Positions 1 to 9,791 of a stretch of DNA of 64,000 nucleotides are shown here, piece after piece. Under the pieces are notes generated by a model. The model was not told where the DNA came from. It did no database searches and saw nothing but the letters and a program-made list of their open reading frames with translations. A program made the position numbers and the translations under genes. The number at the start of each line of letters is the position of its first letter. The stretch's first letter is position 1. The DNA is from Lachnospiraceae bacterium (lineage in GTDB: Bacteria; Bacillota; Clostridia; Lachnospirales; Lachnospiraceae), in the NCBI GenBank assembly GCA_022776445.1, contig JALFHZ010000236.1, positions 11,266 through 75,265 on the forward strand, in the 5' to 3' direction.

Positions 1-996
1 CATCAGAAGCACAGTGGTTGCATCTCCGGGGATGCCCAGAGCTATCATCGGAATGATGGCACCGCCCACACCGGCATTGTTGGCCACCTCCGTTGCCCAG
101 ATACCCGCATCAACACCCGTACCAAACTCCTCCGGGTGCTTGCTCATCTTCTTCGCCTGACCATAAGCGATCAGGTTGGAGATACCGGAACCCATGCCCG
201 GCAGAAAGCCGATCCAGAGGCCAATGAACAGAGACACCAGAATGGTCTTTATATTATCCATAAAATCCTTTACAGTAAGGCCAAAACCCTTCAGGGAACC
301 TGCATCCACCTCCGGCATATCCAGATTTCCCTTAGCATAGCTGGTTGCCACCTGCTGCAGAGCAAAGGTACCCATCAGCAGACAAACCACATTGATACCG
401 CCGTAAAGATTCGTGTTCTTAAAGGTAAATCTCAGCTGGTTGGTAACCATATCGGCACCGATCGTAGAAAGCCACAGGCCCAGGAATGCAGCCAGAAGAC
501 CTTTGTATACGGAACCGTTGCTCAGTCCGATTACCATGGTGATTGCCATCAGACAAAGGCTGAAGTACTCCCATGGTCCCAGCAGCAGAGCCACATCCGC
601 AATAAAGGTAGAGCAAAGCGTTGCCACAATAATGGAAACCAGCGTTCCGATGAAGGAACCACAGATACCGATAGTCAGTGCTCTGGCAGCCTTACCCTTC
701 TGAGTCATTGGATAACCGTCATAGCAGGTACCGATGGAAGCCGCAGAACCGGGAATTCCGACCAGAACCGCAGCGATAAAAGAACCGGATACACCGCCCA
801 CATACATGCCAAGCAGCATCGCAAAGCTCAGATTCGTATTCAGAGCAAAGGTCATGGGCAGAATCAGGGTAATGCCAAGACCGCCGGAAAGACCTGGAAT
901 TGCACCCAGCACACAGCCGACCAGGCAGCAGACATACATCATGATAAAGTTTACCGGCTGAAACAGAATGCCTAACGCAGTTAAATAGCTTGCCAT
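1..996 (-). CDS. tctA: TTT transporter permease TctA (3' end outside the window)
   Basis: Missing from the ORF track because it is truncated. My minus-strand translation from ATG 996 (AGGAGG 8 nt upstream) gives MASYLTALGILFQPVNF...GAIPGL...GIPGSAASIGTCYDGYPM...GFLPGMGSG...ANNAGVGGAIIPMIALGIPGD, all TctA motifs; follows tctC-tctB. Confidence 0.93.
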   Translation of the reverse strand, partial: MASYLTALGILFQPVNFIMMYVCCLVGCVLGAIPGLSGGLGITLILPMTFALNTNLSFAMLLGMYVGGVSGSFIAAVLVGIPGSAASIGTCYDGYPMTQKGKAARALTIGICGSFIGTLVSIIVATLCSTFIADVALLLGPWEYFSLCLMAITMVIGLSNGSVYKGLLAAFLGLWLSTIGADMVTNQLRFTFKNTNLYGGINVVCLLMGTFALQQVATSYAKGNLDMPEVDAGSLKGFGLTVKDFMDNIKTILVSLFIGLWIGFLPGMGSGISNLIAYGQAKKMSKHPEEFGTGVDAGIWATEVANNAGVGGAIIPMIALGIPGDATTVLLM

Positions 997-1013
997 TTTC
1001 ATTACCTCCTTTG

Positions 1014-1517
1014 TTAAGGCATCTTGATGCCCATCATCGTCCAGATCACGCCCTTCGGAAGCGGAATATTAAAGCCCCTGGTAAATCCGAAGTAACACAG
1101 GCTCCCGAGAGCCACACTCAGCACAACTGCAAAAATCAGATTGATCTTCTTGTCTGCACGCAGCGTCATAATGAAAACCAGCATGCCGATCATGGATGTA
1201 AACCAGAAACCGATCCAGTTCATGGCTGCACAGAACAGGATGCATTCAACCATGATCAGTGCCAGACGTTTCCAGCCGGCTCCGTCAAGATAAGGAGCTG
1301 CCCCTGCCCTTTTCTCTTCATTCTCCTTCCGTCCGTCAAAGATGATAGAGAGAACGGACATCACGATCATACCAATTGCAGAAATATAAGGAAACATTTT
1401 GGGTCCCGGCTCATTGGAAACCAATTTTTCCGGAATCATGCCGGTCTGGTAGATTACCCACAGGGCCAGTGCAATAAACACCGCTCCCATCACATAAGTA
1501 CGATTCAGTTTTTTCAT
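1014..1517 (-). CDS. tctB: TTT small membrane subunit TctB
   Basis: 4-5 hydrophobic helices, EPGPKMFP and C-terminal FNIPLPKG motifs; between tctC and tctA; start moved to MKKLN on RBS grounds. Confidence 0.88.
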   Translation of the reverse strand: MKKLNRTYVMGAVFIALALWVIYQTGMIPEKLVSNEPGPKMFPYISAIGMIVMSVLSIIFDGRKENEEKRAGAAPYLDGAGWKRLALIMVECILFCAAMNWIGFWFTSMIGMLVFIMTLRADKKINLIFAVVLSVALGSLCYFGFTRGFNIPLPKGVIWTMMGIKMP

Positions 1518-1558
1518 AGGAAACCTCTTTTCATACAAAATAGTCGCCAGAAATAATC

Positions 1559-1587
1559 GTCCGGCTGCCCAACAGGGTCAGCCGGAC
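1559..1587 (-). terminator. Stem-loop between tctC and tctB (mRNA stabiliser or partial terminator)
   Basis: GTCCGGCTG...CAGCCGGAC inverted repeat just after the tctC stop. Confidence 0.55.
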
Positions 1588-1601
1588 ATCACAGGAAATA
1601 A

Positions 1602-2705
1602 TTAACGAACTTTCAGCCCCATGGAGGTCACCAGATCATCCAGGAAGGTCCACTCATTGTTCAGTGCCTCCTGAGAGCCTGAATAGTCAACCGCATCAAT
1701 GAAGGTAGCCATCGCCTTGTTGCCGTCGATAAAGGACTGTACTTCGGTAGCTTTCATAATTGCCTCGTTGATTGCTTCGCAAATCTCATCCGGAGTATCC
1801 TTCGGAGCCAGTACATAGTAGTTGGAATCCCAGGTTACATCGATATTCTGCTCCTGAGTGGAAGCAAATTTCGCATCCAGCTCAGATCCAAGCAGTTCGC
1901 TCATGCTCTCCAGAGTAGCAGCTTTCGGTCCTAAGGTACCCAGAATCGTCAGCTTGCCGTCTGCATCGTAGGACTGTGCATTCGGAATGGAGCAGTTTGC
2001 AACATTGATTGCACCGGAAGCTACATTCGTCAGCTTGTCAGCCTCGGAAGAACACTGCACAAAGTTCACCAGGGAAGTATCACCAACCAAAGCTTCTACC
2101 AGTGCGGTGAACAGAATCTGTGTGGTACCGCCCAGGGAACATCCGATTACCACATCGCCAGGATTTGCCTTGATGTAATCAGCCAGCTCTCCGAAGTTTT
2201 TATAAGGAGCATCTGCGTTTGCGATGATCGCCTGCGGACCGCCCTGATTCAGGATTCCGACAACCTTCATATCTTCCTTAATATTCACTTCGGAGCTGCC
2301 GCACAGATACTGGATAATGGCGCCGCCGTGACAGGTACCCAGAGTCAGGCCATCCGGAGCTGCATTCTTCACATGCTCCATGCCTACCTCGCCGGTATCG
2401 TAGTTTGTTACGATAAAGTTTACGCCCGGGCAAACCTCAGTCAGAGCCTGCGTCAGATAACGGGTATACAGATCGGTACCGCCGCCTGCCTTGGCCGGTA
2501 CATCTACATATACATTGTCGCCGGCTTTCCATGCACCGCCTTCAGTCGGTGCCGCCTGTGCTGCCTCACCGCCCTGTGCTGCTGAGGTTGCTGCCGGTGC
2601 TGCTGTTGTAGCTTCTGCCGGTGCGCTGCTGTTTCCACATCCAGCCAGACTTCCCATAGCCAGAACTGCTGCCATTGCTGCTGCCAATACTCTGTTTTTT
2701 CTCAT
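1602..2705 (-). CDS. tctC: TTT substrate-binding lipoprotein (TctC/Bug family)
   Basis: Lipobox LAGC, Ala/Thr linker, VPAKAGGGTD and APDGLTL Bug-family motifs. Confidence 0.9.
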   Translation of the reverse strand: MRKNRVLAAAMAAVLAMGSLAGCGNSSAPAEATTAAPAATSAAQGGEAAQAAPTEGGAWKAGDNVYVDVPAKAGGGTDLYTRYLTQALTEVCPGVNFIVTNYDTGEVGMEHVKNAAPDGLTLGTCHGGAIIQYLCGSSEVNIKEDMKVVGILNQGGPQAIIANADAPYKNFGELADYIKANPGDVVIGCSLGGTTQILFTALVEALVGDTSLVNFVQCSSEADKLTNVASGAINVANCSIPNAQSYDADGKLTILGTLGPKAATLESMSELLGSELDAKFASTQEQNIDVTWDSNYYVLAPKDTPDEICEAINEAIMKATEVQSFIDGNKAMATFIDAVDYSGSQEALNNEWTFLDDLVTSMGLKVR

Positions 2706-2906
2706 CTTTCTTCTCCCTCTTTCTCATGTTTTGCATAATAAATTATTATAATTCATTTACTTATTACAATTGTAATATACTTTATTTTTGACAAGTAATG
2801 TTGTTTTCCCTTGTCTATGGCTTAATTATATCATCGCTATATCCGGTTGACAAACAGGTTAAAATTATATATGATATTAGAAAAAGTTATATATTTTGGA
2901 GCATTT

Positions 2907-3899
2907 ATGAATACAAGACAATTATCCTATATCATAACCATCGCAGAACAGGGCAGCCTCTCTGCTGCCGCCAGAACCCTAAGTGTCTCTCAGCCTGCCC
3001 TCAGCAAATACCTGGCAGAGCTGGAGGAGGAACTGGGAGTAGAACTGTTTCTCCGTCACAAAAAGCAGCTGTTCCCTACTCCTGCCGGAAAAATCTACCT
3101 CAAAGCCGCCCAGCGCATTTTATCTGTGAAAAACCAGACCTATCAGGCAATCGCTGCACTTTCCGGAGATGTAGAACAAACCATCACGCTGGGCGTCACT
3201 CCACTGCGCGGTGCCATCTCCATCGCCCGTATTTTTCCTCTGTTCCGCCAACGTTTTCCCAACGTTCGCATCACATTCAAAGAACAATATCAGGATGATA
3301 TCCGGCGCTCCATCATCAATCAAACCGCAGATCTTGGTCTTGGCACCTGCATCGAGCTGGAAGAGCCCGAGATCCGGCACATTGCGGCATTTCAGGAAGA
3401 CCTGGTACTCTTTGTCCCGTCCTTCCATCCTCTGGCATCCATGGCCAGTCCTGACCCTGCGTTCACACCCCCGGTTGATATCCGACTGTTTTCGGATACC
3501 CCGTTTCTGATCGGCGGAAAGAGCAGCACGATTCGCCAGCTTTCAGAAATCATATTTCAGCAAAACAATATGCATCCTACCATCGTATTCGAATCAGACA
3601 ACAATCTGGTGCTGAAGCACATGGTAAAGAACGGGGCCGGAGTCTGTCTTTTGTCTCGTTCTCACGGAGAAATTAACAGCAACCTGGTCTACTTCTCCTT
3701 AAAACCCAATTATCGCACCAACCTGACTGTCATGGTTGCCAAAGACCGTGTTTTGACCGAAGCAGAACGATACCTGGTTGCTTTGAATTTCTCCATGCAG
3801 TTTAACGAACCCAATTATATCTATCATCCGAATCCGGAAGCCGCACAGATTCTGAAAGAATTTGGATTTTCGAAAACATCAAGACCGACGATTTATTAA
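2907..3899 (+). CDS. LysR-family regulator (first of a tandem pair), with C-terminal extension
   Basis: LTTR HTH (GSLSAAARTLSVSQPALSKYLAELEEELGVELF); divergent from tctCBA; start at MNTRQL. Confidence 0.93.
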   Translation: MNTRQLSYIITIAEQGSLSAAARTLSVSQPALSKYLAELEEELGVELFLRHKKQLFPTPAGKIYLKAAQRILSVKNQTYQAIAALSGDVEQTITLGVTPLRGAISIARIFPLFRQRFPNVRITFKEQYQDDIRRSIINQTADLGLGTCIELEEPEIRHIAAFQEDLVLFVPSFHPLASMASPDPAFTPPVDIRLFSDTPFLIGGKSSTIRQLSEIIFQQNNMHPTIVFESDNNLVLKHMVKNGAGVCLLSRSHGEINSNLVYFSLKPNYRTNLTVMVAKDRVLTEAERYLVALNFSMQFNEPNYIYHPNPEAAQILKEFGFSKTSRPTIY

Positions 3900-3919
3900 A
3901 TAAGGAAGGGAATGAAAAC

Positions 3920-4804
3920 TTGGATACCAAGATTATCGAATATGTCATCGCAATTGCAGAAGAAAAAAGCCTCAGCAAAGCTGCCGAGCGCCTTTATCTG
4001 ACTCAACCAGCTTTAAGCCAGCGGCTCAAAAAACTGGAAGAAGAACTGGGCACTCCGCTTTTTACCCGGGATACTGACGGCCTGACTATCACAGATGCAG
4101 GGCGCATCTACGTAAACGGCGGACGCTCCGTCCTGCAGATCCGGCAGGATGCATTAAAACAACTCACTTCTATGAGCCGCAACAACAAAAAAGTACTGCG
4201 TTTCGGCTGCGCCACATCTACTGCGCTGGAATGTGTCCCGGAGTTTCGCGCGGCTTATCCCGATATCGACCTGGTTACCCGCCGATGCAATACCACGCAA
4301 GCCAAGGAAGATCTGATCATGGGACGTATGGACATCGCCGTGCTGCTGACCAACTCGCTCCAGCATACCGCTCTCGAATTTCTCCCCCTGTCTGAAGGCG
4401 AATTCCTTCTGTCAGTACCGGAACACCACCCGGCACTTCCGGAAGCCGGTACCTCAGAACTGCATCCGGAAGCACTGCGGGATGATTATTTTATCCTCAG
4501 CCCGGCCCCATCCTTTTCCAGAGATGTAGAAGATTCTGCCCTGAAATCTCTGGGTATTCAGCCACGTATACTCTGTGAGATCAACGACAATGTGTCACGA
4601 AGATATATGCTGAACCGGGGACTTGGATGCGGCTTTCTGCCAGACTACACACTTCGGCAGGAAGACACATTTCACACCTTTTCCCTGCATCCGAAACAGA
4701 CCTTTTATGTGGCTGCCGCCTATTCCAGAAGTGCCACTTTGTCAGAACCTATGAAGGGATTGCTGAAGCTGCTTCTGAATCTGTTTGACAAGCACAAATC
4801 TTAA
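3920..4804 (+). CDS. LysR-family regulator (second of the tandem pair)
   Basis: KSLSKAAERLYLTQPALSQRLKKLEEELG HTH; TTG start with AAGGAAGG RBS, 20 nt after the previous LysR. Confidence 0.93.
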   Translation: MDTKIIEYVIAIAEEKSLSKAAERLYLTQPALSQRLKKLEEELGTPLFTRDTDGLTITDAGRIYVNGGRSVLQIRQDALKQLTSMSRNNKKVLRFGCATSTALECVPEFRAAYPDIDLVTRRCNTTQAKEDLIMGRMDIAVLLTNSLQHTALEFLPLSEGEFLLSVPEHHPALPEAGTSELHPEALRDDYFILSPAPSFSRDVEDSALKSLGIQPRILCEINDNVSRRYMLNRGLGCGFLPDYTLRQEDTFHTFSLHPKQTFYVAAAYSRSATLSEPMKGLLKLLLNLFDKHKS

Positions 4805-4824
4805 AGCATTCGTCTGTTACCTGA

Positions 4825-6102
4825 TCAGTACAGCGGATACAGAATATGTGCTGCCGCTGCACAGGACAGAATCGCCAGAACCATATAAGGGAATGTAAAT
4901 TTCAGCACTTTCACCGGGTTATAACCTCCCGCCGCAAAACATACTGCGCACTCTCCGGAACCAGATGGAAAACCTACTGCAAACATATTGGCAGTTCCGA
5001 TGATCAGTACAATTCCTCTCGGATCCCAGCCACCCGCAAGGCACACAGAAGCAGCAATCGGAATCAGCACCGTCTGCGTTGCCATATTCGATAAGAACGT
5101 TGTCATAACCACGGTTGCCATAGAGAAAATCAGCATTACCATAAAGGAACTTGGATTTGCGCCAAGCAATTGCAGAATCAAATCGCCAATCGCATTGCCG
5201 GCTCCCGATTTACCCAATGCATCTGCTACAACCAGTACACCAGCCAGCATCCAGGTCATATCGGCAGTCATGCCTTTTACTGCATCTGGAACACTCAAAA
5301 TGCCGGTATAGATCAAAATCAGAACACCCAGAGCAGGTGCCAGATAGAGCAGATTTCCAGTCCATTTATTCAGAATCATCAGAAGCATTACCAGCACAAA
5401 TACGCCATAGACAATTTTTTCCTGTGCCGATGATAAAAGATCCGCCTTTTTCGCTTCTTTCAGAGCTGACTGATTAATTTCTGCACCCTTTGGCATTAAT
5501 TTCCAGGCAGCCAGGCAGTAAATTGTCAGCACAACGATCGGAATCAATGCAAATAGAAACGGATCCATCATCGTCAGATGATACTGCGGATCTGTGATAA
5601 TTCCCTCATACAGACCATTCAGTGTTGCAAAAGTTGCAGCTCCCATGCCAATCGGGAATTTAAATTTCCATGCAACCAGAATTCCCAGAAGCGGAAGGAG
5701 AAGACGGTTTGCTGTAATTTCACCGCTGTTATCCAGAGTCATCAGAAATACAACCAGAATCGTCAAAGCCGCAGTCGAAGGAATAAACTGTGCGAATACA
5801 GCGCCCACCAGATAAAAGGAGATAATCAGAAGCATACCCCTCTTACCTTTTAAAGTATTCAGAATCCCACTGATTTTCTGCACCAGACTGGTTCTCGTCA
5901 GCACAGAACTTAAAGCCAGCATCGGTGCAATCAGAACCACAATCTTATTTCCAAATCCGCTGAACGCTGTCTGGATATCTACAATTCCACAAATTGCAAG
6001 TACCAGACAACAGGTCATGGTTGTTACTCCAAACGGTACTTTATGCCAGATAAACATCACCATCATAAACAGGGTGACTGCCAATACAATATACATTTCC
6101 AT
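4825..6102 (-). CDS. SLC13/DASS (ion-transporter superfamily) carboxylate permease
   Basis: About 11-12 TM helices; TTFLSNMATQTVLIPIA and AAGGYNPVKVLKF motifs typical of SLC13/CitMHS permeases. Confidence 0.78.
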   Translation of the reverse strand: MEMYIVLAVTLFMMVMFIWHKVPFGVTTMTCCLVLAICGIVDIQTAFSGFGNKIVVLIAPMLALSSVLTRTSLVQKISGILNTLKGKRGMLLIISFYLVGAVFAQFIPSTAALTILVVFLMTLDNSGEITANRLLLPLLGILVAWKFKFPIGMGAATFATLNGLYEGIITDPQYHLTMMDPFLFALIPIVVLTIYCLAAWKLMPKGAEINQSALKEAKKADLLSSAQEKIVYGVFVLVMLLMILNKWTGNLLYLAPALGVLILIYTGILSVPDAVKGMTADMTWMLAGVLVVADALGKSGAGNAIGDLILQLLGANPSSFMVMLIFSMATVVMTTFLSNMATQTVLIPIAASVCLAGGWDPRGIVLIIGTANMFAVGFPSGSGECAVCFAAGGYNPVKVLKFTFPYMVLAILSCAAAAHILYPLY

Positions 6103-6138
6103 TTTTCCTCTCCTTTGTAGTTGTTTTGCTGCAGGTTC

Positions 6139-6975
6139 CTATTTCATCAAAGCCTTTACCTGTCTGACCCGCTCTTTTATGAAATCCGCCCAGATCGTTT
6201 CATCAAGATAAGGCTGATTCTCGTGTGTGTACTGACCGGCACGATCAATAATTTCAATCTGATTCGGATGACTCGGCAGCGCGATATCCACATGTATTTC
6301 CTGAAGCTTCTCTGCATCTTTCAGGAAGCGATCCCGGTAAACCGGAGTCAAATACTTACTGGATGCATAATAATTGTCATTCATCGTATTGGCACCGACT
6401 CCGCCATGCATTCCAATAACATAGCGTGCTCCATTTGCAGGGTTTTCCTCTTCCCAGAAAAAGCTGGTGCATCCCGGTGTATGTCCCGGAGTCAGCATAC
6501 TTCGAACCGCAATATTGCCCAAAACTACCGGCTTGTCATCGGAATAAAACTGATCCGGCTCAAACATCTGCGGATGAGAATCCTTGTCCAGTACCATGGT
6601 TTCATCCGGACATGCCTTCATAAATTCCCAGTCTTCTTTTGACATGTAAAGCTCCGCGCCGGTGAGCTCTTTCATCGCCTTTGCTGCCCCGCAGTGATCG
6701 AAATGCGCGTGGCTGAGCAGGATTTTTTTAATATTCTCCGGCTTATATCCCAATCGGTAAATGGAATCCACCAACAAATACATACTTTCCGGAATTGCCG
6801 TATCGATCAAAATTAAACCGTCTCCGGTATCAATCAGATAACATCCAACCCATGTCTGTCCTGCCACATACCAGGTCTGCGGACTTACCTGAAACGGTTT
6901 CACCGAAGCCGTCCATGGACGGTAAGCCAGAGTTGCTACCGGATCCTTAAGCGGTAGTGTACAACGAAATGCCAT
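6139..6975 (-). CDS. Metallo-beta-lactamase-fold hydrolase, subclass B3-like, no signal peptide
   Basis: HAHFDH, PGHTPG and LPSHP zinc ligands; PFQV..TWYV...YLIDTGDGLILID N-terminal strands as in B3 enzymes. Confidence 0.85.
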   Translation of the reverse strand: MAFRCTLPLKDPVATLAYRPWTASVKPFQVSPQTWYVAGQTWVGCYLIDTGDGLILIDTAIPESMYLLVDSIYRLGYKPENIKKILLSHAHFDHCGAAKAMKELTGAELYMSKEDWEFMKACPDETMVLDKDSHPQMFEPDQFYSDDKPVVLGNIAVRSMLTPGHTPGCTSFFWEEENPANGARYVIGMHGGVGANTMNDNYYASSKYLTPVYRDRFLKDAEKLQEIHVDIALPSHPNQIEIIDRAGQYTHENQPYLDETIWADFIKERVRQVKALMK

Positions 6976-7117
6976 GATCTTGTCCTCCTCATATCAACAC
7001 ATATTAGAAAATTTGCTTGTGTTCTTTTATTAATACAATTATAATATAGGTATCACCTTAGTTCAACTTATGCATTTTTATATTTGAACTAATTATTTTT
7101 AATAGGAGGACATTCCT

Positions 7118-8038
7118 ATGGATCTGCATCAGATCGAATATATGATCGCCATTGAACAGGAGCAGAGTATATCCCGGGCCGCTGAAAAACTGTTTATTAC
7201 CCAATCCGCTCTGAATCAGCAGCTTTTAAAGCTGGAAAAAGAACTGGGACTGGCTTTATTTGAGCGACGCAACCGTACCATGATTCCCACATTTGCCGGA
7301 CGGATTTATCTGGCTACTGCTCACCAGATGGTCGATATGAAACAGGAAACCTACAAAATTCTTCATGAAATTTCCAAAGAAACCGCCGGTGAAATCTCCG
7401 TGGCCTTTTCTCCGGAACAGGGTGCCCGTATGTTCTCCTCCATACTTCCGGAATTCCACAGACAATACCCCAACATCACTTTTCGTATTCAGGAAGTTCA
7501 TGTCAAAAAAATGGAACAGCTTCTGCTTCAGCATGAAACCACGATTGCATTTATGTCCCGTACAGAACACTACTGGAATCCGGATCTGGAATATATTGAA
7601 ATGAAAAAGGAAAAACTGGTGCTCGGTCTTCCCGCAAGCCACCCACTGGCTTATCTGGCTGGAGAACGCAGTTGGGAGACGCTGCCCGGCATCGACCTGC
7701 GCCTTTTACGCAACGAACAATTCGTTCTGCTTTCCAAATCCACAAGGTTTCGCAGCATGATTGACCATGCCTTTTCCCATGCCGGCTTTCACCCCAAAGT
7801 TCTTTTCGAATCCGGCAGAACCATGACTGCTGTCAACATTGTAAAAGGCCAGGTTGCCCCGGCTTTCTTTCCTCAGTCTTATGCAGAACCCAATGAGCAG
7901 ATCGTCTATTTTTCCCTTATTCCGGAAGAAACCTGGATGCTCTGCATCAGCTACCTGAAAGGCAGTTATCTGAGCAAACCAGAAAAATATTTTATGGATC
8001 TTGCGATTCAATATATGAATCAGGGAATCCATAAATAA
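7118..8038 (+). CDS. LysR-family regulator
   Basis: SISRAAEKLFITQSALNQQLLKLEKELG; divergent from the MBL-SLC13 operon. Confidence 0.94.
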   Translation: MDLHQIEYMIAIEQEQSISRAAEKLFITQSALNQQLLKLEKELGLALFERRNRTMIPTFAGRIYLATAHQMVDMKQETYKILHEISKETAGEISVAFSPEQGARMFSSILPEFHRQYPNITFRIQEVHVKKMEQLLLQHETTIAFMSRTEHYWNPDLEYIEMKKEKLVLGLPASHPLAYLAGERSWETLPGIDLRLLRNEQFVLLSKSTRFRSMIDHAFSHAGFHPKVLFESGRTMTAVNIVKGQVAPAFFPQSYAEPNEQIVYFSLIPEETWMLCISYLKGSYLSKPEKYFMDLAIQYMNQGIHK

Positions 8039-8041
8039 AAA

Positions 8042-8092
8042 TATCCTGTGGAGAACCATTTGCTTTCCAAATATATGGTATTCCACAGGATA
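8042..8092. terminator. Hairpin/terminator between convergent genes
   Basis: TATCCTGTGGA...TCCACAGGATA inverted repeat right after the LysR stop. Confidence 0.6.
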
Positions 8093-8190
8093 CTTAAACC
8101 GCATCAGACTCAAATATTTTTCATAATTTGAGTCTCCGGCAATCTCCAGGTCAAAAAACAAATTTCACGGCATGCGTTAATTTTTCGAGA

Positions 8191-8562
8191 TTACGCCTTC
8201 CTTACATGCTTCGTCACAATCACATTCGCGCCCAGGCCCAGTACATTCTCAATCACAACCTGTCCGGCAAAAACCGGAGCCTCCAGCGACTGCTTCCGGA
8301 TCTCTGCCATCACATCAAAAATGCGATTTTTCGGAATCATATGATCCAGTCGGACACTAACAAGGGGCAGCTCTCCGCCTTTTACCAGAACAGAAGTCGC
8401 AATATTGCGCTGCGGATCGGTCATTTCCTGAACTGCATATTCCTTTCCCTTCGGGCAGGTATTGCCGGTTACCAGGATTTTCTCTGCACCTGCATCAGCC
8501 CCGGTTTTCACGGTCAGATCACATCCCATCGGACACATGATACATGTCATTGCTCTTACCAT
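8191..8562 (-). CDS. DUF1667-type small Cys-rich (Fe-S/metal-binding) subunit
   Basis: MVRAMTCIMCPMGC...GNTCPKGKEYA..E..DP.R...TSV. True start is ATG 8562, overlapping the upstream stop; the longer ORF-track N-terminus is spurious. Confidence 0.85.
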   Translation of the reverse strand: MVRAMTCIMCPMGCDLTVKTGADAGAEKILVTGNTCPKGKEYAVQEMTDPQRNIATSVLVKGGELPLVSVRLDHMIPKNRIFDVMAEIRKQSLEAPVFAGQVVIENVLGLGANVIVTKHVRKA

Positions 8563-9791
8563 AATACGCTCACCTCCAGATCTCCTGTCTGACTCAGCTT
8601 CTCCGCCTTCACCGGGATCTGAATCATCTCTGCCGGAATCGCCTTCGGCATTTTCTTCTCCAATACCACCTGACCGTTCTGGCTCAGGCGAATGGTACAT
8701 TTCTTCACCGGTTTTCTCACACGCAAGGACAGCCTGAAGTCTTCCGTTCCGCTGATTTTCTGCGGAATGGTGTGGGTTACATTGCCGTCCGTCACGACAG
8801 CAAGCGGGCACTCCGGAAGACTGCCTTCCTGCAGATAGCGGCACGCAGAATCAGCCAGGCTCTCCGCCTCCATGGAAACGAAGTCTACCAGATCATGCAC
8901 CTGCAGCACATTGCCTGCCGCAAAAATACCCGGGACGCTGGTCTGGTGATTCTCATCCACAACAGCGCCTTTGCTTCTCTCATCCAGAACCACACCGGCA
9001 CCCAAAGACAGCTCATTTTCCGGAATCAGACCGACAGACAGGATCAGAGTATCGCAGGCATATTCCTTTTCCGTTCCCGGAATCGGCTGCATATGATCAT
9101 CTACCTGTGACACCACAACGGCTTCCAGACGGCCCGTTCCCTTTATTTCGGTTACCGTATGACTCAGATACAGCGGAATGCCATAATCATGCAGACACTG
9201 TTCAATATTTCTCGGAAGTCCGCTGGCATAGGGCTGAACCTCAAACACCGCCTGCACATGAGCGCCCTCCAGCGTCATTCTTCTCGCCATAATCATGCCG
9301 ATATCTCCGGATCCCAGAATCACAACTTCTTTTCCGACCATCTTGTTCTGCAGATTGATATAGCTCTGCGCCACACCGGCGGTATAAACTCCGGCCGGTC
9401 TCTGTCCCGGAATGCTGATGGCACCTCTGGTACGTTCCCGGCATCCCATGGTCAGGATCACAGTCTTTGCCTGAACCTCCAGGAGTCCGTCACAGGAAGA
9501 AGCCGTCACAACTTTATCCTCAGAGATTTGGATAACCGTCGTATCCGTTATGTAAGGAATCTGTTTTTCCAGAACCTCATCGATGAAACGCTGTGCGTAT
9601 TCCGGCCCGCTTAATGTCTCTCCAAAACGGGTCAGTCCGAAGCCGTCATGAATGCACTGTCTCAAGATGCCACCCAGAAAATGTTCTCTTTCCAGAATCA
9701 GAATATCACGGATTCCTTTCTCCCACAGGCGAACCGCAGCTGCCAGACCGGCAGGACCGCCGCCAATAATCACTACATCCGTCTGTCTCAT
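8556..9791 (-). CDS. NAD(P)/FAD-dependent oxidoreductase (pyridine nucleotide-disulphide family)
   Basis: GGGPAGLAAA, GGIL.QCIH.GFG, GSGDIG and GIFAAGNV motifs; translationally coupled to both neighbours. Confidence 0.9.
   Translation of the reverse strand: MRQTDVVIIGGGPAGLAAAVRLWEKGIRDILILEREHFLGGILRQCIHDGFGLTRFGETLSGPEYAQRFIDEVLEKQIPYITDTTVIQISEDKVVTASSCDGLLEVQAKTVILTMGCRERTRGAISIPGQRPAGVYTAGVAQSYINLQNKMVGKEVVILGSGDIGMIMARRMTLEGAHVQAVFEVQPYASGLPRNIEQCLHDYGIPLYLSHTVTEIKGTGRLEAVVVSQVDDHMQPIPGTEKEYACDTLILSVGLIPENELSLGAGVVLDERSKGAVVDENHQTSVPGIFAAGNVLQVHDLVDFVSMEAESLADSACRYLQEGSLPECPLAVVTDGNVTHTIPQKISGTEDFRLSLRVRKPVKKCTIRLSQNGQVVLEKKMPKAIPAEMIQIPVKAEKLSQTGDLEVSVLW

Noticed and set aside
6139-6975. 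Acquired beta-lactam resistance gene
   Set aside because: No signal peptide, no mobile context, and linked to a catabolic permease; activity unproven.
8563-8844. N-terminal extension of the DUF1667 ORF
   Set aside because: Overlaps the upstream oxidoreductase in another frame; the family motif begins at ATG 8562.
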